A DNA stretch of 62,157 bases, counting the filler, from Choristocarpus tenellus KU-1152 (taxonomy: Eukaryota > Protista > Phaeophyceae): the NCBI GenBank assembly GCA_964200185.2. It is 12 parts of 12 records of this genome, joined end to end, with 100 filler letters (N's around TTAATTAATTAA, not from the genome) between each part and the next. Parts side by side here need not be neighbours in the genome. Positions count along the whole stretch, not along the records: positions 58,678 to 62,157 come from CAXNAD020019746.1; 11 more parts are not named here. The stretch is one strand, 5' to 3'. Each line of letters opens with the position of its first letter. Position 1 is the stretch's first letter. The position numbers and the translations under genes were made by a program. Shown one piece after another: positions 58,578 through 62,157 of the stretch. Under the pieces are notes generated by a model. The model had not been told where the DNA came from and ran no database searches. It saw only the letters and a program-made list of their open reading frames with translations.

Positions 58578-59290
58578 NNNNNNNNNNNNNNNNNNNNNNN
58601 NNNNNNNNNNNNNNNNNNNNNTTAATTAATTAANNNNNNNNNNNNNNNNNNNNNNNNNNNNNNNNNNNNNNNNNNNNCCCCCTCCCCCCCGGATACTTTG
58701 GGTCTATACTTCGCGTCTTTTTTAAGAGTTTTGTATGTATCTATTATTGTGGACATAATAAAAGGACATGCAAATAAGAATCGGAAGGAAAACAGACTAT
58801 GATGTATTGAATTGGGTTTCTTTGATTGATGTAGGACCCAACCGTAACCATCCGATTCTGAAAAATTATTCGTTACGTCCACAACCATGGGGTTTTTCCC
58901 ACAAAGTTCCTGGACACCATGCCTTGAAATTCCTTTTGGCGGCTTGGGGGAGGGGAGGGGAGGGGAGGGTATATTCTTGAAAAGATATTTAGGATGGTGT
59001 GTGGGGCAGATTGCCACCATTTGACATTTTAACTCCCCAAAATAACAGTGCCCTGGAATTGGTCTCCACCACAATACTGCCTCAAGTTTGCCTTGATCAC
59101 AAGAGGCCTTATGCAGGGAATGTATGCACTATTAATATCGTGTCATGTCTCGTAGTGCAACAAAGAGCTCTATGGCCCCATGCAGGTACTTCCTTGTGGG
59201 ACCATAGAGAGAGGGGTGGGAAGGTGGGTAGGCATGGTGTCCATATATTCCCTCGTAAGGTCCCTTATGTCTCAAGCATGGGACACCTCA

Positions 59291-59462
59291 GGTTCAAAGT
59301 ATCTGGGGGGGTAGCGGCTGTCCATTTGGGGCCATTTTTTCGATGTCACGATTTTTGGATGCCTTGGTTGCATACGTCGGATGGATAATGTAAGTGCACT
59401 TTTCCTGTTTATGGACCAAATGGACACCCAGGTGTAGTTCCCTCCCCCAGATACTTTGGGCC
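59291..59462. mobile_element. MITE subfamily B, complete
   Basis: ggttcaaagtatctggggg ... cccccagatactttgggcc. TSD CTCA. Confidence 0.9.
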
Positions 59463-60282
59463 CTCAGAAAAATAAAATTGAACATATAAATAGTAGATTT
59501 GTGTTGTACGTGACGGACCCAGTTGGGGACTGGTTAAGGTGGACTATTTTGGCGGGATCAGTTGGGGACCATCAGAGGATAAAACTGGATCAGACCGTAC
59601 ACACCCATCTGGGCAACATGTCTTTCACAGGGCCGGACCATAGCCGAGATTACTAACCTGACATAACCATACTGAGCGTTGGTCTAGCCCATTTATGCAA
59701 TAGTGTAATGAGCATGCTCCATGAGAAGGATTTAATATTTCAGTTTGATATTTTCACACGTGTCTGGAAAACCTCAATGGGTACTATGCAATACCTTAAA
59801 GTATACTGTGGCAAGTGCCAAGTATTCCACAGTAGTTGCAATAAATTTAACTGTGAATGTTTAGGCAATCTGACATAAATCTGCTATCTTCAAGTGCACT
59901 TTTTCAGGATTTCAATTTTTGAAGGATTAAAGGAAGCATTGAAAACACATTGAAACGAACACAACAAGGCTTTGGGGATACATTAACGATCAGACAGTAG
60001 GAAAGTGTAAACAGTGAAAGGCATGCCAACTCTGGATGAATAATGGACCGTGCGTATCATATCACTGTCTTCCCCGGAAACTTTTTCAAAATGTCAAGAG
60101 GGCATGTATATACAGCACAGAGTATACTTTGATGTACTCTAGGGAGTTTGTTGCTGAAGTACGTAGCATGCATTAGTGTGTTAACGTCTTCTCATTGTGA
60201 TATTGTCCTACAGGTGTACACTACTAATGCTGAATTATTGACATAAATGCGGAGTATATTTTGATTATCAATAATACAAGAT

Positions 60283-60551
60283 GAGTGAAAGTATGTTAGA
60301 GAATAGGAGTTTTGCCCTGTTGGTCCATTTGGGGCTGGGGCTGGGGCTCTTCCCACGGGTTCCTTATGACATTTCACATACTCAAAAATGTTTCAGGAGT
60401 AGGTAAAATGTGTATGTTATGAAAAGGTGTGTCTGGAACAAGGATATTGACCCTTCCTAACAAACGCAATAGCCAAAATTACATCAAAATTTCAACATTG
60501 GATTTTGGCCGCCAAACCGACGCGGCTCTACCCTCTAACATACTTCGACTG
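60283..60551 (+). mobile_element. MITE subfamily A
   Basis: gagtgaaagtatgttagag ... ctctaacatacttcgactg. TSD AGAT. Confidence 0.9.
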
Positions 60552-60924
60552 AGATCACAAAATAATTGTATGTTTGGGCAGCCACACTCTTCCTTTGGAA
60601 GGAAACCACAACTAGCTAGCTGCCTATGGATCGTCCTGCTTGCGTCTCGGTGCCTCCATTCCTTCGCAATATTTGATCACCTACTTGATTAGTTGCCTAT
60701 CGACCTGGAAATACATGAGACCCATCGTTACCTTTTTTCTTCGCTCCTGCCTCATGGCAATGGACTAAGCATCAGGGAGAAGACCAAGAAGCTGATTTCT
60801 CTCAACCTGGCAACTTGTGGTGTTGATGTAATAGTAGAGAGTCTGGCAAACGACACCAACCGAGGCAGTGCACCTTCAGCAGCGCCTTGTCTTCTTCATC
60901 AGTCTTTGGAGTAGCCTTCTCCTT

Positions 60925-61128
60925 CCGTTGATATTGCCAATAATGCAGTTCAGGAATTTGCCAAGTATACTATCATTCCCAAGGCTACACACTGGCAGGT
61001 AGTTATTAAGTGCATCCTGGCATATTTGAACACACATGTGTCTGAGTGTGTTGGATTGGATTTTGGTGGTATTGGTAGTGAGTGTGTGTTGAGTGCATAT
61101 GCTGATGCTAGCTATGCTGGAGACTAAG
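60925..61128 (+). pseudogene. Copia RT C-terminus / RNase H start fragment
   Basis: DIA..AVQEFAKY..PKATHWQVVIKCILAYL ... LSAYADASYAGD. Confidence 0.7.
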
Positions 61129-62157
61129 GTTACTATATAAATTCGTGACTGAAGGACCCATAACTTTTACTCGAGGGGACAGACATATTGGCCTTGCCCA
61201 GGTTGCATGTTTCCATTTCCTCTCCACAACAGCTCACAGTAATAACTGTTGTACGGAAAGGAGCTATGGAGAAGGAATTAGGGATGTGGCAGCTGCTCGT
61301 TGCTTGTTAATACTTACTAATACTCATGAGGGAAGAATACATTGTTGCTTAGATTGTAGTTCAGTTAGACTACATTCTGTAAAATATGAATAGGGCTTTT
61401 CAACTTTCAATTTCATTTTCACATCTTGACAGGATCTAAAACTATAATAACACTTTTCACAGTCAACAGTGACGATATATACACACTTGCTACAATTACT
61501 CTTACCAACCCTGACGATGTGTGGACTCGATAAAGTCGTATCATCCTATCTATGGACGAGTCAGAGTGGGAGGTGCCCACCAGTGGGCATTTGATACAAT
61601 GTGATTGGCGAATACGATTTGCTACAACATACTGACAAGTAAGCCTACAATATTACTTCATCCCTCTATTAATGCATACTACAAAACTTTATTTTAAGCG
61701 ACCGTACACATTGCCACGGTTGTTCTAAAAAAGCATGCTTTTACCAAACGTCACAATCTGTTATCTATAATGATACTGGTAGTGTTTCAGAGATTAGCCT
61801 CGAGGCAGATTGTTACTCCTACTCACTAAAAACGTGTTCTTGATGATAAGTGGTATGGTTGAACACAACGGGTTGAGGACCATCAGAGAGATTAACTGGA
61901 CCAGGGTGCGAACTGGTCAGGGGAAAAATATGATTATGTGTTAATATGACTGGTCGGACCAGGTCTATCGAGTTCTTGCCCGGACTGGGGCAATGGAGAT
62001 TGTAAATCGGAATGGTGTGAATCGTGTGATTCTGTGGCGGCGTGGTTCACTCAGGCAAGGGTGGCGAAGAGAATCACCGGGCAAGAACTTAGGAGTGATG
62101 AGCAACATCAAAGATGGGGCTTCATCATCAGTCAATACGTGAGAACAAAGTGGATCT

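Overview
Eukaryotic, intron-rich and TE-rich genomic DNA. It is not one locus: 12 contigs are joined by 11 artificial 100-nt spacers (N44-TTAATTAATTAA-N44). TTAGGG telomeric motifs, A/C-rich splice acceptors and the TE content suggest a stramenopile such as a brown alga (inference only). Two spliced host genes can be rebuilt by hand. One is a 10-exon galactokinase (2230-9761, 5'-incomplete, one probable GC-AG intron). The other is the 3' five exons of an uncharacterised DM10-like protein (43484-45257). The rest is mostly decayed mobile DNA: Ty1/copia with LTRs, PBS and PPT, Ty3/gypsy fragments, two Tc1/mariner-type transposase relics, a hAT fragment and a probable DIRS-type tyrosine-recombinase retroelement. 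The dominant structure is a group of non-autonomous TIR elements (about 22 complete or partial copies, three subfamilies) sharing an AAAGTATCT TIR core and 4-bp target-site duplications, resembling Sola2. They occupy 11 of the 22 spacer-flanking contig ends. Short same-strand TTAGGG tracts are dispersed through the sequence, including one apparently written into a MITE TIR. Almost all entries in the supplied ORF track are spurious. No rRNA, tRNA or CRISPR was seen. All family assignments come from motifs read by eye, not from database searches.
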